From an uncultured Piscirickettsiaceae bacterium (GTDB lineage Bacteria; Pseudomonadota; Gammaproteobacteria; PS1; Pseudothioglobaceae): 43,009 bases of DNA. A program made the translations under genes and the position numbers. Below the pieces are notes generated by a model that saw nothing but the letters and a program-made list of their open reading frames with translations, was not told the DNA's origin and did not search any database. Shown here piece after piece: positions 26,397 through 35,998 of this stretch (position 1 is its first letter; each line of letters starts with the position of its first letter). The stretch is taken from contig CAZRUL010000006.1 in assembly GCA_964603245.1 (NCBI GenBank), positions 1-43,009 on the forward strand. The letters are read 5' to 3'.

Positions 26397-27628
26397 AGCC
26401 CTCCCAGTGTTTTGGCGATATTGACTTTGCTGGCTTGTTTTGCGGGATAAATGGCTGCCAAAATCACCAAAATAAACGCGCCGAGTGTGACTTGAATCAC
26501 ATCCATTAAATGAATATCCGAAGGAAAACGGTTGATATAAAATACATCAGTGGGAAAAAATTGAAAGCCAAAAATTCGCTCAATGCCACTCACAATATCG
26601 CCAATATTGAGCGACAGCAACACCCCGAGTATCAGCCCGATGACAATGCCGATAAATCCGATGGACATTCCCTGATAAAAAAATAATTTCACAATGCGCC
26701 CCGAACGCATCCCTAAAGTGCGCAATATCGCAATTTCGGATTTTTTGTCGGTCACCACCATAATCATCATTGAGGCAATATTAAACGCTGCCACTGCAAT
26801 AATTAACGACAAAATCACCCCAATCATTTGTTTTTCAAGTGCTAAGGCTTGGATGAAATTCGCTTTTTGACGCGTCCAATCCATTCCATAATAACGATTT
26901 TCGCCCAAATTTTGCACAATATCGGCAGTGATTTTGCGCGCTTCAAACAAATCTTCCACTTTGAGCCGAATGGCGGAGACTTGATTTTTCATACTGTAGA
27001 GTTTTTGCGCTTGAGCGAGTGCAATAAAGGCTAAATTATTGTCGTATTCTTGCACCCCCGCATCAAATATTCCGCTCACTGTAAAGCGTTTAAAGCGCGG
27101 TTTGATGCCGATTAAAGTCGCGCTGAATTCGGGCGTTAAAAGAATAATTTTATCGCCCACGCCCACGCCTAATTTTTTTGCCAAATCTATGCCGATGAGT
27201 GTGTTTGAGCCCGATAAATCCAGTTTTCCTGTGTGGATTTTAGTCATCAATTCGGAGGTGTTTTTTTCCAATTCGGGTATCACGCCGCGCACGCTAACGC
27301 CTTGTGCGTTGCCATTTGCGCTCACTAATCCGTAGCGGTCAATATAGGGTGAGACGGCGATTACTTGTGGGTGTTGCTGGATGCGTTTTGTGAGTGTTTT
27401 CCACTGCGCAACAGTGCCGTCGTATTCGCTGATGTAGGCGTGAGAAATGGTGCCTAAAATGCGCTCTCTGAGTTCTTTGTGGAAGCCGTTCATCACCGAT
27501 AAAACCGTAATTAACGCCATCACTGCTAAAATCAGTCCGACCATTGACACGCCCGAAATAAAGGACACAAAACCTTTTTTGCGGGTGGCGCGTAAATATT
27601 GGTTAGAAATGCGAAATTCAATGCTCAT
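26393..27628 (-). CDS. Lipoprotein-releasing system permease (LolC/LolE family; the only copy at this locus)
   Basis: 411 aa with MacB-type topology. N-terminal FISGVSMVGLILAVMALITVLSVMNGF, a large periplasmic domain and a C-terminal FtsX-like 3-TM region. Confidence 0.85.
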   Translation of the reverse strand: MSIEFRISNQYLRATRKKGFVSFISGVSMVGLILAVMALITVLSVMNGFHKELRERILGTISHAYISEYDGTVAQWKTLTKRIQQHPQVIAVSPYIDRYGLVSANGNAQGVSVRGVIPELEKNTSELMTKIHTGKLDLSGSNTLIGIDLAKKLGVGVGDKIILLTPEFSATLIGIKPRFKRFTVSGIFDAGVQEYDNNLAFIALAQAQKLYSMKNQVSAIRLKVEDLFEARKITADIVQNLGENRYYGMDWTRQKANFIQALALEKQMIGVILSLIIAVAAFNIASMMIMVVTDKKSEIAILRTLGMRSGRIVKLFFYQGMSIGFIGIVIGLILGVLLSLNIGDIVSGIERIFGFQFFPTDVFYINRFPSDIHLMDVIQVTLGAFILVILAAIYPAKQASKVNIAKTLGGL

Positions 27629-27713
27629 AGGGGCGGTATTTTGTCATAATTAGCACTTGAAAAAACAAAGGCTTTTGAGCGTTTGATAAAAAAAATCGTG
27701 ACAAAAATATATT

Positions 27714-27742
27714 TCAAAAAACCTCAAAAAACCTCAAAATTC
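27714..27742 (+). repeat. Tandem 10-mer tcaaaaaacc x2 plus a degenerate third copy, within phased A-tracts
   Basis: tcaaaaaacc at 27714-27723 and 27724-27733, then tcaaaattc. A-tracts start at 27716, 27726, 27736, 27747, 27769 and 27780. Confidence 0.85.
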
Positions 27743-27798
27743 TTTCAAAAAATGCCCAAGCAATCTTCAAATAACTCTCAAAAACAGGTGTAAATTAG

Positions 27799-28224
27799 AT
27801 GAAAATTAAACAAAACGTAGATCAATTAGGCGATATATTGATTGAATTATTCCACGTGCTGGGCTTGTTTATTATTGGCGCCACGATTGCGTGGGCGGCG
27901 GTGCACGAATATATAATTATTATGCAACAAGAATCTGGATTTGCTTCGTTAAAAGACATTTTGCTGTTGTTTATTTATCTAGAATTGGGTGCGATGACAG
28001 GGATTTATTTTAAAACCCACAGAATGCCCGTGATTTTTCTGATATTTATTGCCATTACTGCGATCACTAGATTTTTGGTGATTGATATGAAATCGTTGGT
28101 GGCAATGGATAGATTCAATTTACTGATTATGGTGGTGTCCATTTTGATTCTGGCGATTGCCGCGGGCGTGTTGCGTTTTACCGAGAAAAAATACGCCAAT
28201 CCAAATGAGGGCATTGAGCCATAA
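27799..28224 (+). CDS. psiE: PsiE-family (phosphate-starvation-inducible) membrane protein
   Basis: 141 aa, 4 TM. LLFIYLELGAMTGIYFKTHRMPVIFLIFIAITAITRFLVIDMKS aligns by eye with E. coli PsiE YFLYFEFIALIVKYF...YIGITAIVRLIIVDHKS. Confidence 0.7.
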   Translation: MKIKQNVDQLGDILIELFHVLGLFIIGATIAWAAVHEYIIIMQQESGFASLKDILLLFIYLELGAMTGIYFKTHRMPVIFLIFIAITAITRFLVIDMKSLVAMDRFNLLIMVVSILILAIAAGVLRFTEKKYANPNEGIEP

Positions 28225-29171
28225 TGCTGGATTTAACCAAGCGCGGGCTGGTGAATTATGCGCTATTGCCAGTGGCGGGCGTGTTTTATGTGCTGAGCGG
28301 GTTGCGCAGATTTTTGTATAAAATCGGTTGGTTTGCCACGCATCATTTTGAGGTGCCGATTATTGTGGTGGGCAATATCACGCTGGGTGGCACGGGCAAA
28401 ACGCCGATTGTGATGGCGTTGGTGGATTTTTTTACTCAGCAGGGGCGCAAGGTTGGTGTGGTTTCTCGTGGCTATGGCGGGCAACATCGCGCGGGTAGTT
28501 TGTGGGTGAATGCGCACACTTGTCCGACTCAATCGGGCGATGAGCCATTGTTGATTGCGCGTCAAACGCAGGCGGTGGTGATGGTGAATAAAAATCGCGC
28601 TCTAGCGGTGGCGGATTTACTCAGACGGTTTGAGCTGGATTTGATTATTAGCGATGATGGCTTGCAACATTACGCGATGGCGCGCACAGTTGAGATTGTG
28701 GCGCTGGACAATCGGCGCTTTGGCAATGGTTTTTTGTTGCCTGCTGGGATGCTCAGAGAGTTGCCCGCCAGACTTAAAACCGTGGATTTTGTCATCAATA
28801 ATGGGGTGGCGCGCGCGGGCGAGATTGCGCTCAAATTAGTGCCAAAATGGTTTGTCAATGTTGCCACAGGCGAGCGCGAGTCAGTGGATTTTTTTGCCCA
28901 TCAAACGTGTGACGGCGTGGCAGGAATTGGCAATCCAGCGCGATTTTTTGACACATTGAAGCAACTAAAAATTGAAGTCATTGCCCATCCTTTTGCGGAT
29001 CATCACCCGTTTTGCGCGCAGGATTTGGCATTTGAAAACCCCTATCCTATTCTTATGACGGCTAAGGATTATGTAAAATGCGCTCAATTTGCAAACGCTC
29101 AAATGTGGTATTTGCAAGTTGAAGCGGTGTTTGATGCCGATTTTTTTCAACAATTAAGCGCAAAATTATGA
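28224..29171 (+). CDS. lpxK: Tetraacyldisaccharide 4'-kinase
   Basis: 315 aa. P-loop VGNITLGGTGKTP, SRGYGG and ISDDGLQH motifs. The ATG overlaps the psiE stop (TAATG). Confidence 0.9.
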   Translation: MLDLTKRGLVNYALLPVAGVFYVLSGLRRFLYKIGWFATHHFEVPIIVVGNITLGGTGKTPIVMALVDFFTQQGRKVGVVSRGYGGQHRAGSLWVNAHTCPTQSGDEPLLIARQTQAVVMVNKNRALAVADLLRRFELDLIISDDGLQHYAMARTVEIVALDNRRFGNGFLLPAGMLRELPARLKTVDFVINNGVARAGEIALKLVPKWFVNVATGERESVDFFAHQTCDGVAGIGNPARFFDTLKQLKIEVIAHPFADHHPFCAQDLAFENPYPILMTAKDYVKCAQFANAQMWYLQVEAVFDADFFQQLSAKL

Positions 29172-29332
29172 TTGACGAAGCCCTGTTAAAACTCCTAGTT
29201 TGCCCAAAAAGCAAAGCCCCACTCAAACAAATCGGCAATGAATTGGTGTGCGAACAAAGTGGTTTAGCGTATCCGATTGAAGACGGCATTCCGATTTTAT
29301 TGGTAGAATCAGCGAGAAAATTAGCGCAGTGA
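29168..29332 (+). CDS. ycaR: Trm112/YcaR-family small protein (UPF0434)
   Basis: 54-codon ORF absent from the supplied track (under 60 aa): [54 protein letters not shown]. It matches E. coli YcaR (LLEIIACPVC...LAFPLRDGIPVLLETEAR). It overlaps lpxK (ATGA) and kdsB (GTGA), and ycaR-kdsB synteny is conserved. Confidence 0.78.
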   Translation: MIDEALLKLLVCPKSKAPLKQIGNELVCEQSGLAYPIEDGIPILLVESARKLAQ

Positions 29333-30063
29333 ATTTTTGCGTCATCATTCCTGCGCGCTATGCCTCAAGTCGGCTGCCTGCAAAATTATTGGCGGATATT
29401 CACGGCAAACCTCTGCTTCAGCACACGTATGAAAATTGCGTCAAAAGCAGTGCGTCCAACGTCATTATTGCCACCGATGACGTGCGCATTCAATCTGTGG
29501 CACAAGAATTTGGCGCAACCGTTTGTATGACTTCTGAGCATCACACCTCAGGCACACAGCGAATTGCCGAGGTTTTAGAAGCGTTGAATATTGCGGATGA
29601 CGAGGTGATTGTGAATGTGCAGGGCGATGAGCCGATGTTGAGCGCTTGCGTGATTGATCAAGTGGCACACAATTTAGTGACCAGCAAATTGCCGATGGCG
29701 ACTCTGTGCGAGCAAATTGTGGATTATGCGCAATATTTGGATCCGAATTGCGTGAAAGTGGTGTTTGATAAATTTGGCAAAGCGTTGTATTTTTCGCGCG
29801 CGCCGATTCCTGCTTTTCGAGACGTTCAAACATTTGATGCGAGCGTGTGTTTCAAGCACGTGGGGATTTATGCGTATCGTGCGGATTTTGTCAAACGCTA
29901 TTTAAATCTGCAAAATTCGGCTTATGAAGTGGCAGAAAAATTGGAGCAATTAACCGCATTAACCGAAGGTTTTGAGGTGCATATCGCGCCCGCTTGTGCG
30001 TCGACGGGTTTTGGCGTGGATACGGCGCAGGATTTGGCAAAAGTCAGGGCGGTGTTAGCGTGA
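29329..30063 (+). CDS. kdsB: 3-deoxy-manno-octulosonate cytidylyltransferase (CMP-KDO synthetase)
   Basis: 244 aa. The N-terminus (M)[28 protein letters not shown] is close to E. coli KdsB. GTG start. Confidence 0.92.
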   Translation: MNFCVIIPARYASSRLPAKLLADIHGKPLLQHTYENCVKSSASNVIIATDDVRIQSVAQEFGATVCMTSEHHTSGTQRIAEVLEALNIADDEVIVNVQGDEPMLSACVIDQVAHNLVTSKLPMATLCEQIVDYAQYLDPNCVKVVFDKFGKALYFSRAPIPAFRDVQTFDASVCFKHVGIYAYRADFVKRYLNLQNSAYEVAEKLEQLTALTEGFEVHIAPACASTGFGVDTAQDLAKVRAVLA

Positions 30064-30893
30064 TTATTGATGGCAAAAAAATCGCTCAAACCCTGAGAAA
30101 TCAAATCGCTGCTCAGGTGGTAAAACTGGCACGCCCCCCTGGGCTGGCAGTGATTTTAGTGGGCGATAATCCCGCGTCCGCGATTTATGTTCGTCATAAA
30201 GACAAAGCTTGTCAAGAGGTGGGTTTTTATGCAGAAAAAATTCTCAAGCCCGCTAATATTAGTCAAACAGAATTATTGGATGAGATTACGCGCCTAAATC
30301 GTAGCGAGAAAATTGATGGGATTTTGGTGCAGTTGCCTTTGCCGAAACATTTGAATACAAATCTGGTGATTGAGGCGATTGATCCGCGCAAAGATGTGGA
30401 TGGATTTCACAGCGAAAATATTGGTAAATTGGTGCAAAATCGCGCGCTGCTACGCCCTTGCACACCGAAGGGAATTATGACATTGTTGACGACCATCGGC
30501 ATTGAGTTGGCAGGCAAAAATTGCGTGGTGGTGGGTAACTCTAATATTGTGGGCAGACCGATGGCGTTGGAATTGTTAAATGCGCAGGCAACGGTCACGA
30601 TTTGCAACAGCAAAACCAAAAATTTAGCGGATAAAATTCGCGCCGCCGATTTGGTGGTGTCAGCCACGGGATGCGCAGAATTGATTCGGGGCAGTTGGAT
30701 TAAATCGGGCGCGGTGGTGATTGACGTGGGCATCAGTCGCACCTTTGATTGCAATATTGTGGGCGATGTGGAATTTGAGGCTGCGCGCGCAGTGGCGGGG
30801 TGGATTACGCCCGTGCCAGGTGGGGTGGGGCCGATGACGATTGCCACGTTGTTGGAAAATACGCTGATTGCTTATCGGGACAGTATTAAATAA
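30060..30893 (+). CDS. folD: Bifunctional methylenetetrahydrofolate dehydrogenase/cyclohydrolase
   Basis: The GTG at 30060 overlaps the kdsB stop (GTGA) and gives (M)[15 protein letters not shown], matching the FolD N-terminus. Has [14 protein letters not shown] and [13 protein letters not shown] motifs. The track extension from 29994 is rejected. Confidence 0.9.
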   Translation: MIIDGKKIAQTLRNQIAAQVVKLARPPGLAVILVGDNPASAIYVRHKDKACQEVGFYAEKILKPANISQTELLDEITRLNRSEKIDGILVQLPLPKHLNTNLVIEAIDPRKDVDGFHSENIGKLVQNRALLRPCTPKGIMTLLTTIGIELAGKNCVVVGNSNIVGRPMALELLNAQATVTICNSKTKNLADKIRAADLVVSATGCAELIRGSWIKSGAVVIDVGISRTFDCNIVGDVEFEAARAVAGWITPVPGGVGPMTIATLLENTLIAYRDSIK

Positions 30894-30928
30894 TTTTTTT
30901 TTAAAAATCGGAAACAATCGGAAAAAAT

Positions 30929-31297
30929 ATGAAAATTGTATTGAAAGGATTACGTGAGGGTTTGGGCAGATTGATTGTGCTGATTGATTGGGTTTTTTCG
31001 CCTAAAAAAATGCAGCGCAGTGCGAGCGATCAAGCGAAGGTTGAAATGCAGGTGCAAAATTTGGCATTGTATCAATTTTATGCCTGTCCGTTTTGCATCA
31101 AAACTCGGCGCGCAATCAAGCGTTTGAATTTGCCGATTCAACTGCGCAACGCTCAGGCGGGCAAGTTTCGTGAAGAATTATTAATCGGTGGCGGTGAGGT
31201 CAAAGTGCCGTGCTTAAAAATTATTCAAGATAATGAAGTGATTTGGATGTATGAATCTGATGAGATTATTAAATATCTGAATCAAAAATTTGCTTAA
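30929..31297 (+). CDS. Glutaredoxin-family protein with N-terminal hydrophobic extension
   Basis: 122 aa. CPFC active site in YQFYACPFCIKTRR and a thioredoxin-fold C-terminal half (VKVPCL...). Confidence 0.65.
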   Translation: MKIVLKGLREGLGRLIVLIDWVFSPKKMQRSASDQAKVEMQVQNLALYQFYACPFCIKTRRAIKRLNLPIQLRNAQAGKFREELLIGGGEVKVPCLKIIQDNEVIWMYESDEIIKYLNQKFA

Positions 31298-31448
31298 TTT
31301 AAACCGTTGTTGAAATTTTTGAACCGTTAATTTAGCGGCGCGTTTTGGTTTTTAAATAGTTTTATCGTTCGTGTTTTCGGTGTTTTGTTTTGTCGCTTTA
31401 TTTGCTTGCTTTTTGATGCCGTTTTTTAAAATATTTTTAGGGCATTTT

Positions 31449-32546
31449 TTAGGGTTTGTCCGCTGGCAAAAAATCGCCAAATTGCGCAATCGTGCTGGCT
31501 AATTCATTTTGAGTGCGCGCCACTAAAGTGATGTGTCCGAGTTTTCTGCCGTTGCGCGCTTGTTTATCATACAAATGCAAATGCGCGTTTTGAGTCGCCA
31601 GCACCGCGTCTGTGTTGCCTGTTTTAGAAATGATATTGATCATCGCCGCGTGCGGATGCGTGAGTTCGGTGCTGCCGAGTGGTTGCTGAGCCAGTGCGCG
31701 AATGTGGTTTTCAAATTGTGAAGTGTGCGCCCCCTCAATGCTCCAATGCCCTGAATTATGCACGCGTGGCGCGATTTCGTTCGCCATCAGTCCGTTTTCG
31801 GTTTCAAACAATTCAATCGTCAGCACACCCACATAATCCAAATGCGTTAATAAATCCTGCATATATTGCTGAGCCGATTTTTGGACGTGCGCGCTGACGT
31901 TTTGAGCAGGCACATTTGAGAGCCGCAAAATCCCGCGGTGATGATTGTTTTCAACCAAAGGATAATATTTTTGCTCGCCATTGACAGCGCGCACCGCAAT
32001 CAGCGAAAGCTCGCGTTTGAACGTCACAAAGCCTTCTAAAATCGCCTCAGCGCCGTTCATATTTTGCCAAGCAGCTTTGATTTGCGTAATGGATTTAATC
32101 ATCACCTGACCTTTGCCATCGTAGCCCTGTGTGGTGGTTTTGAGCACGCAGGGCAGTCCAATTTGCGCAATGGCGCAGTGTAAATCCTCCAGTGAATTGA
32201 CCAATTGATACGGCGCACACGGAATGTTGAGCGTCTCAAATAATGCCTTTTCACGGCCGCGATGCTGGCTCAGTTGTAGCGATTTTGCGTTGGGATAAAC
32301 GCGCACAGTTTGCTGAATTTGGCGCACTTGTTCCACCGAAGTATTTTCACTTTCAAAGGTAATCACATCGGCAAAATGGATGAAATCAGCCAGTGCATTT
32401 TTATCTAAATTTGGATCAAATACTTTGCCGAGTGCGCTAGCGGGGGCATCACTGGCGCCATAAAATCCAAATTGATGCCCCAAAGGATAACCCGAAAGAG
32501 CGAGCATTCTGCCCAGTTGTCCTGCGCCTAAAATCCCTATTTTCAT
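31449..32546 (-). CDS. purK: N5-carboxyaminoimidazole ribonucleotide synthase
   Basis: 365 aa. [15 protein letters not shown] with an ATP-grasp body. Overlaps the purE stop by 1 nt. Confidence 0.92.
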   Translation of the reverse strand: MKIGILGAGQLGRMLALSGYPLGHQFGFYGASDAPASALGKVFDPNLDKNALADFIHFADVITFESENTSVEQVRQIQQTVRVYPNAKSLQLSQHRGREKALFETLNIPCAPYQLVNSLEDLHCAIAQIGLPCVLKTTTQGYDGKGQVMIKSITQIKAAWQNMNGAEAILEGFVTFKRELSLIAVRAVNGEQKYYPLVENNHHRGILRLSNVPAQNVSAHVQKSAQQYMQDLLTHLDYVGVLTIELFETENGLMANEIAPRVHNSGHWSIEGAHTSQFENHIRALAQQPLGSTELTHPHAAMINIISKTGNTDAVLATQNAHLHLYDKQARNGRKLGHITLVARTQNELASTIAQFGDFLPADKP

Positions 32547-33034
32547 CAGTCGTGTGGGGTTGGATTGGCTAAAATATTTTGGGTTTGATCAGCCCTAAAT
32601 TTGAGTATTTTTTGTGCCAGATTTTTGTCTTCATTGGCAAGAATTTGAACTGCCAGCAGAGCGGCATTTTTAGCCCCCGCCTCGCCGATGGCGAGTGTGC
32701 CAACTGCAATTCCTGCGGGCATTTGAACGATGGACAACAGCGAATCCCGACCACTGAGCGCGCGCGATTGAATCGGCACGCCGAGCACTGGCACAATGGT
32801 TTTGGCCGCAATCATTCCTGGCAAATGCGCCGCTCCGCCTGCCCCCGCAATAATCACTTTAAGCCCGCGCGCCCGCGCACTTTGTGCGTAATCAAACATC
32901 AAATCAGGGGTGCGGTGTGCCGAGACGATTTTGACCTCGTGAGGGATGTCAAATTGCGTGAGCATTGCCACCGTATGCGTCATTGTATTCCAATCCGATT
33001 GTGAGCCCATAATAACGCCGACCAGTGCTTTCAT
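32546..33034 (-). CDS. purE: N5-carboxyaminoimidazole ribonucleotide mutase
   Basis: 162 aa. [11 protein letters not shown]...VSAHRTPD...[14 protein letters not shown] are classic class I PurE motifs. Confidence 0.95.
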   Translation of the reverse strand: MKALVGVIMGSQSDWNTMTHTVAMLTQFDIPHEVKIVSAHRTPDLMFDYAQSARARGLKVIIAGAGGAAHLPGMIAAKTIVPVLGVPIQSRALSGRDSLLSIVQMPAGIAVGTLAIGEAGAKNAALLAVQILANEDKNLAQKILKFRADQTQNILANPTPHD

Positions 33035-33109
33035 AAAGCCTTTAAGTTGAAAAGTTAGTCGCGAATTATACCTGCCACAATGACAGAATTAACGCTAGGA
33101 AATGGGCTG

Positions 33110-33820
33110 TCAATGGGGGTTTGGGAGCGCAAAATTGGGATCCAAAAAAGGCAGATGTGCGCATTTTAAAATCTGTGTGTCAATGGAATTTTGCTGATAC
33201 CAGTGGCTGATTTGAGGCGGAATTAACGTGTCAAATTTGCCCAATATCGCCAAAACAGGCACGGTTAATTGTTGCAATTGAGGGCGCAAATCCGATTGCG
33301 TGAGCATCTCCAGCCCTTGATTGAGTGCAAGCGCGCTCGCGGGGCGCGTGCAAATCGTTTGATGGAGTTGTTTGAGTTGTGATTTTTCTACGCCCTGCAA
33401 ACTCACAAATCGCTTCAATCCTTTGGCTGGATTGAGTTTTAACGCGCGCGCAAATTGCGCAAAATGAGACGGTTTGACGGCGTATTGCCAATCCGTGGCT
33501 TGAATAAAATGGGGCGTAGAGGCGACTAAAATCAGTTGGGATATTTTAATTTTATGCGCGATTTGAATCGCCAGCAAACCGCCCAAAGACCAGCCCAGCA
33601 AAATCGGATTGTCAGGCAAACATTGAATAATCGCATCACTCCACGCCTGCAATCCACCCAAAACATCTGCGCTTTTGCCGTGCCCTGGCAAATCAATCAC
33701 GTGAATTTGATAATCCGCGCGATACTGAGCAATCAGCGGCTCGAATACGTCGCCGCTAAACCCCCAGCCGTGCAACAAAACTAACGGTTTTCCAGTGCCT
33801 ATAATGCGACTATAAAGCAC
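33110..33820 (-). CDS. bioH: Pimeloyl-ACP methyl ester carboxylesterase (alpha/beta hydrolase)
   Basis: 236 aa. LVLLHGWGFSGDVF and the nucleophile elbow GWSLGG. GTG start overlapping the bioF stop by 11 nt. Confidence 0.75.
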   Translation of the reverse strand: MLYSRIIGTGKPLVLLHGWGFSGDVFEPLIAQYRADYQIHVIDLPGHGKSADVLGGLQAWSDAIIQCLPDNPILLGWSLGGLLAIQIAHKIKISQLILVASTPHFIQATDWQYAVKPSHFAQFARALKLNPAKGLKRFVSLQGVEKSQLKQLHQTICTRPASALALNQGLEMLTQSDLRPQLQQLTVPVLAILGKFDTLIPPQISHWYQQNSIDTQILKCAHLPFLDPNFALPNPH

Positions 33821-34916
33821 GTTTGAGCTGATTTAATAAATCCGAAATTTGGGTTTTGGTGTGATTTGCATTTAACGTAATGCGCAGTCTGGCACTGTTT
33901 TTCGGCACGGTGGGCGGACGAATGGCGTGCGCGTAAAAACCCGCGTCATAAAGTTGAGCAGACAGGCGTATCGCAGTGTCATTTGCCCCAACAATTAACG
34001 GCTGAATGGCACTTTTAGAAAAACTAAACGGCAGATTTAGGGCGCGTGCGGTGCGGCTAAAAAATTGAATATTGTCCAATAATTTGGCGCGCTGTTGCCC
34101 TTGTTGAATCAACTCTAAACTTTTGAGGGTTGCCACACACAGCGCGGGTGAAATCGCGGTAGTGTAGGCGTAGGGTCGGGATTTTTGGATTAAAAGCTCA
34201 ATAAAATCCGCTTCTCCTGCCACAAATGCACCCATTGTGCCCGCCGCTTTGCCTAATGTTGCCATATAAATTGAATGCTCGGGAATGTGCGGGGTAAAAA
34301 TCCCAAAACCGTGCGCATCGTCTTGCAGTAAATAGGCGTTTGAGGGCTGGACAATTTGCGCAATTTGAGCGAGATTTGCCGAATCGCCATCCATACTAAA
34401 AATATGATCCGTTGCCAGCAATCCCTGCCCTGATTGGCGTTGAATTTTTTTGCGTAATGCGTCCAGATTATTGTGCGCATAGCGTTGAATGGGCAGGTTA
34501 ATTAGTCGGTTGGCATCAATCAGCGAGGCGTGATTGAGTCGGTCTTGAAGTGTCCAATCCAGCTCATCTCTGAGCGCGGAAAAAACCCCTAAATTCGCCG
34601 CGTATCCGCTGGAAAATAACAACGCCCGTTCTTGATTTGTGGCATCAGCCAGCGCCTCTTCTAAGGCTTGATGTGCTTTGGAATGTCCACTCACCAAGTG
34701 CGAGGCGCCAGCACCGACACCGTATTTGTCCGCGCCGCGTTTGAGTGCTTTGATGATTTCGGGATGGTTTGCTAAAGAGAGATAATCGTTTGAGCAAAAA
34801 TTAATCAACGACCGTCCGTCAATCACAATTTGCGTGCCTTGTGCGCCCTCAATGGTTTTTCTCAGGCGATAACTGTGGGTTTTTTTGAGTTCGGTAAAAA
34901 GCGTCAAGAAATTCAT
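33810..34916 (-). CDS. bioF: 8-amino-7-oxononanoate synthase
   Basis: PLP-dependent acyltransferase. INFCSNDYLSLANHPEII and the PLP-lysine context FSMDGD...TLGKA. I prefer the ATG at 34916 (MNFLTLF...) to the TTG at 34940. Confidence 0.88.
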   Translation of the reverse strand: MNFLTLFTELKKTHSYRLRKTIEGAQGTQIVIDGRSLINFCSNDYLSLANHPEIIKALKRGADKYGVGAGASHLVSGHSKAHQALEEALADATNQERALLFSSGYAANLGVFSALRDELDWTLQDRLNHASLIDANRLINLPIQRYAHNNLDALRKKIQRQSGQGLLATDHIFSMDGDSANLAQIAQIVQPSNAYLLQDDAHGFGIFTPHIPEHSIYMATLGKAAGTMGAFVAGEADFIELLIQKSRPYAYTTAISPALCVATLKSLELIQQGQQRAKLLDNIQFFSRTARALNLPFSFSKSAIQPLIVGANDTAIRLSAQLYDAGFYAHAIRPPTVPKNSARLRITLNANHTKTQISDLLNQLKRAL

Positions 34917-34950
34917 TAAAAATGCGCAATGCCTGCCCAAATAAATGAGA

Positions 34951-35742
34951 TTATGAGGTGGCTTGAATGATATTCTCTAGCGGTGAAGAGGCGTGCGCGT
35001 AGGTTTTTTTGGTCATTCTGCCTGCTAAAAATGAGGCACGTCCAGCAATCACCGCGTGTTTCATCGCGCGCGCCATCAATATCGGATCATGCGCTTGAGC
35101 AATGGCAGAATTCATCAACACGCCATCACAGCCGAGCTCCATCGCCAACGCCGCGTCCGAGGCGCAACCGATACCCGCATCAATCAAAACAGGCACGGCT
35201 GCATTTTCTGTGATCAATTGGATGTGTGCGGGATTGCTAATGCCCTGACCCGACCCGATCAACGAGGCAAGTGGCATCACGGCGACACAGCCGATATTTT
35301 CCAATTCTTTTGCCACAATCGGATCGTCATTGGTATAAACCATCACGTCAAAGCCGTCATTCACCAATATTTTAGCGGCAGCGAGCGTTTCTACAATATT
35401 GGGATATAGGGTGGTTTGATCGCCGAGCACTTCAAGTTTGACCAGATTATGTCCGCCCAATAATTCACGCGCTAATTGGCAAGTCCGAACCGCATCTTTG
35501 GCACTATAACAGCCTGCGGTGTTGGGCAAAATGGTGTATTTTTCAGGCGAAATAACGGCTAATAAATTAGGCTCGTCGGGGTTTTGTCCGATGTTTGTGC
35601 GACGAATGGCAACGGTAATAATACTGGCACCTGAGTGCTCGGTTGCGCTCGCGGTTTGGGCTAAATCTTGGTATTTTCCTGAGCCAACTAACAGCCGTGA
35701 AGCATATGTTTTGCCAGCGATGGTTAGAGGGGTGTCGGTCAT
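34951..35742 (-). CDS. thiG: Thiazole synthase
   Basis: 263 aa. LLVGSGKY...VTVAIRR...LPNTAGC...KLEVLGD...[13 protein letters not shown] are ThiG signatures. No thiS is adjacent. Confidence 0.93.
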   Translation of the reverse strand: MTDTPLTIAGKTYASRLLVGSGKYQDLAQTASATEHSGASIITVAIRRTNIGQNPDEPNLLAVISPEKYTILPNTAGCYSAKDAVRTCQLARELLGGHNLVKLEVLGDQTTLYPNIVETLAAAKILVNDGFDVMVYTNDDPIVAKELENIGCVAVMPLASLIGSGQGISNPAHIQLITENAAVPVLIDAGIGCASDAALAMELGCDGVLMNSAIAQAHDPILMARAMKHAVIAGRASFLAGRMTKKTYAHASSPLENIIQATS

Positions 35743-35774
35743 ACAAATACAGGGTTTGTGATTGAACCAAATAA

Positions 35775-35866
35775 TGGTGGAGAGAGAGGGATTCGAACCC
35801 TCGATAGGGGATAAACCCTATACACCCTTAGCAGGGGCGCGCCTTCAGCCGCTCGGCCATCTCTCC
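35775..35866 (-). tRNA. tRNA-Ser (anticodon GCT)
   Basis: The reverse complement reads GGAGAGATGGCCGAGCGGCTGAAGGCGCGCCCCTGCTAAGGGTG...GAGGGTTCGAATCCCTCTCTCTCCACCA. Anticodon loop CTGCTAA, long variable arm, encoded CCA. Confidence 0.9.
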
Positions 35867-35870
35867 GATA

Positions 35871-35903
35871 AGAAAAACAAGCGGGGATTTTACTCGGTGC
35901 TTG
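35871..35903 (-). terminator. Weak candidate terminator after the trpC-osmC-unknown operon
   Basis: On the minus strand, stem caagc/gcttg (plus 35878-35882 and 35899-35903) with a 16-nt loop, followed by tttttctt. The stem is short, so confidence is low. Confidence 0.3.
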
Positions 35904-35998
35904 CGACTATTTTTTAGAATAATTTAAGTTTTTTTTGCGCAATAATTGCACACAAAATCGCAAAACGCCCAGTTAATTTTAAGGTTAATAGTCGTTAA

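Noticed and set aside
31298-31448. A G+T-rich 151-bp spacer between the convergent glutaredoxin-like gene and purK, considered as a possible small RNA or bidirectional terminator.
   Set aside because: It contains only a weak 5-bp stem (atgcc/ggcat) with a 20-nt loop and no conserved RNA motif that I recognise. On the purK strand it is simply another A+C-rich tract.
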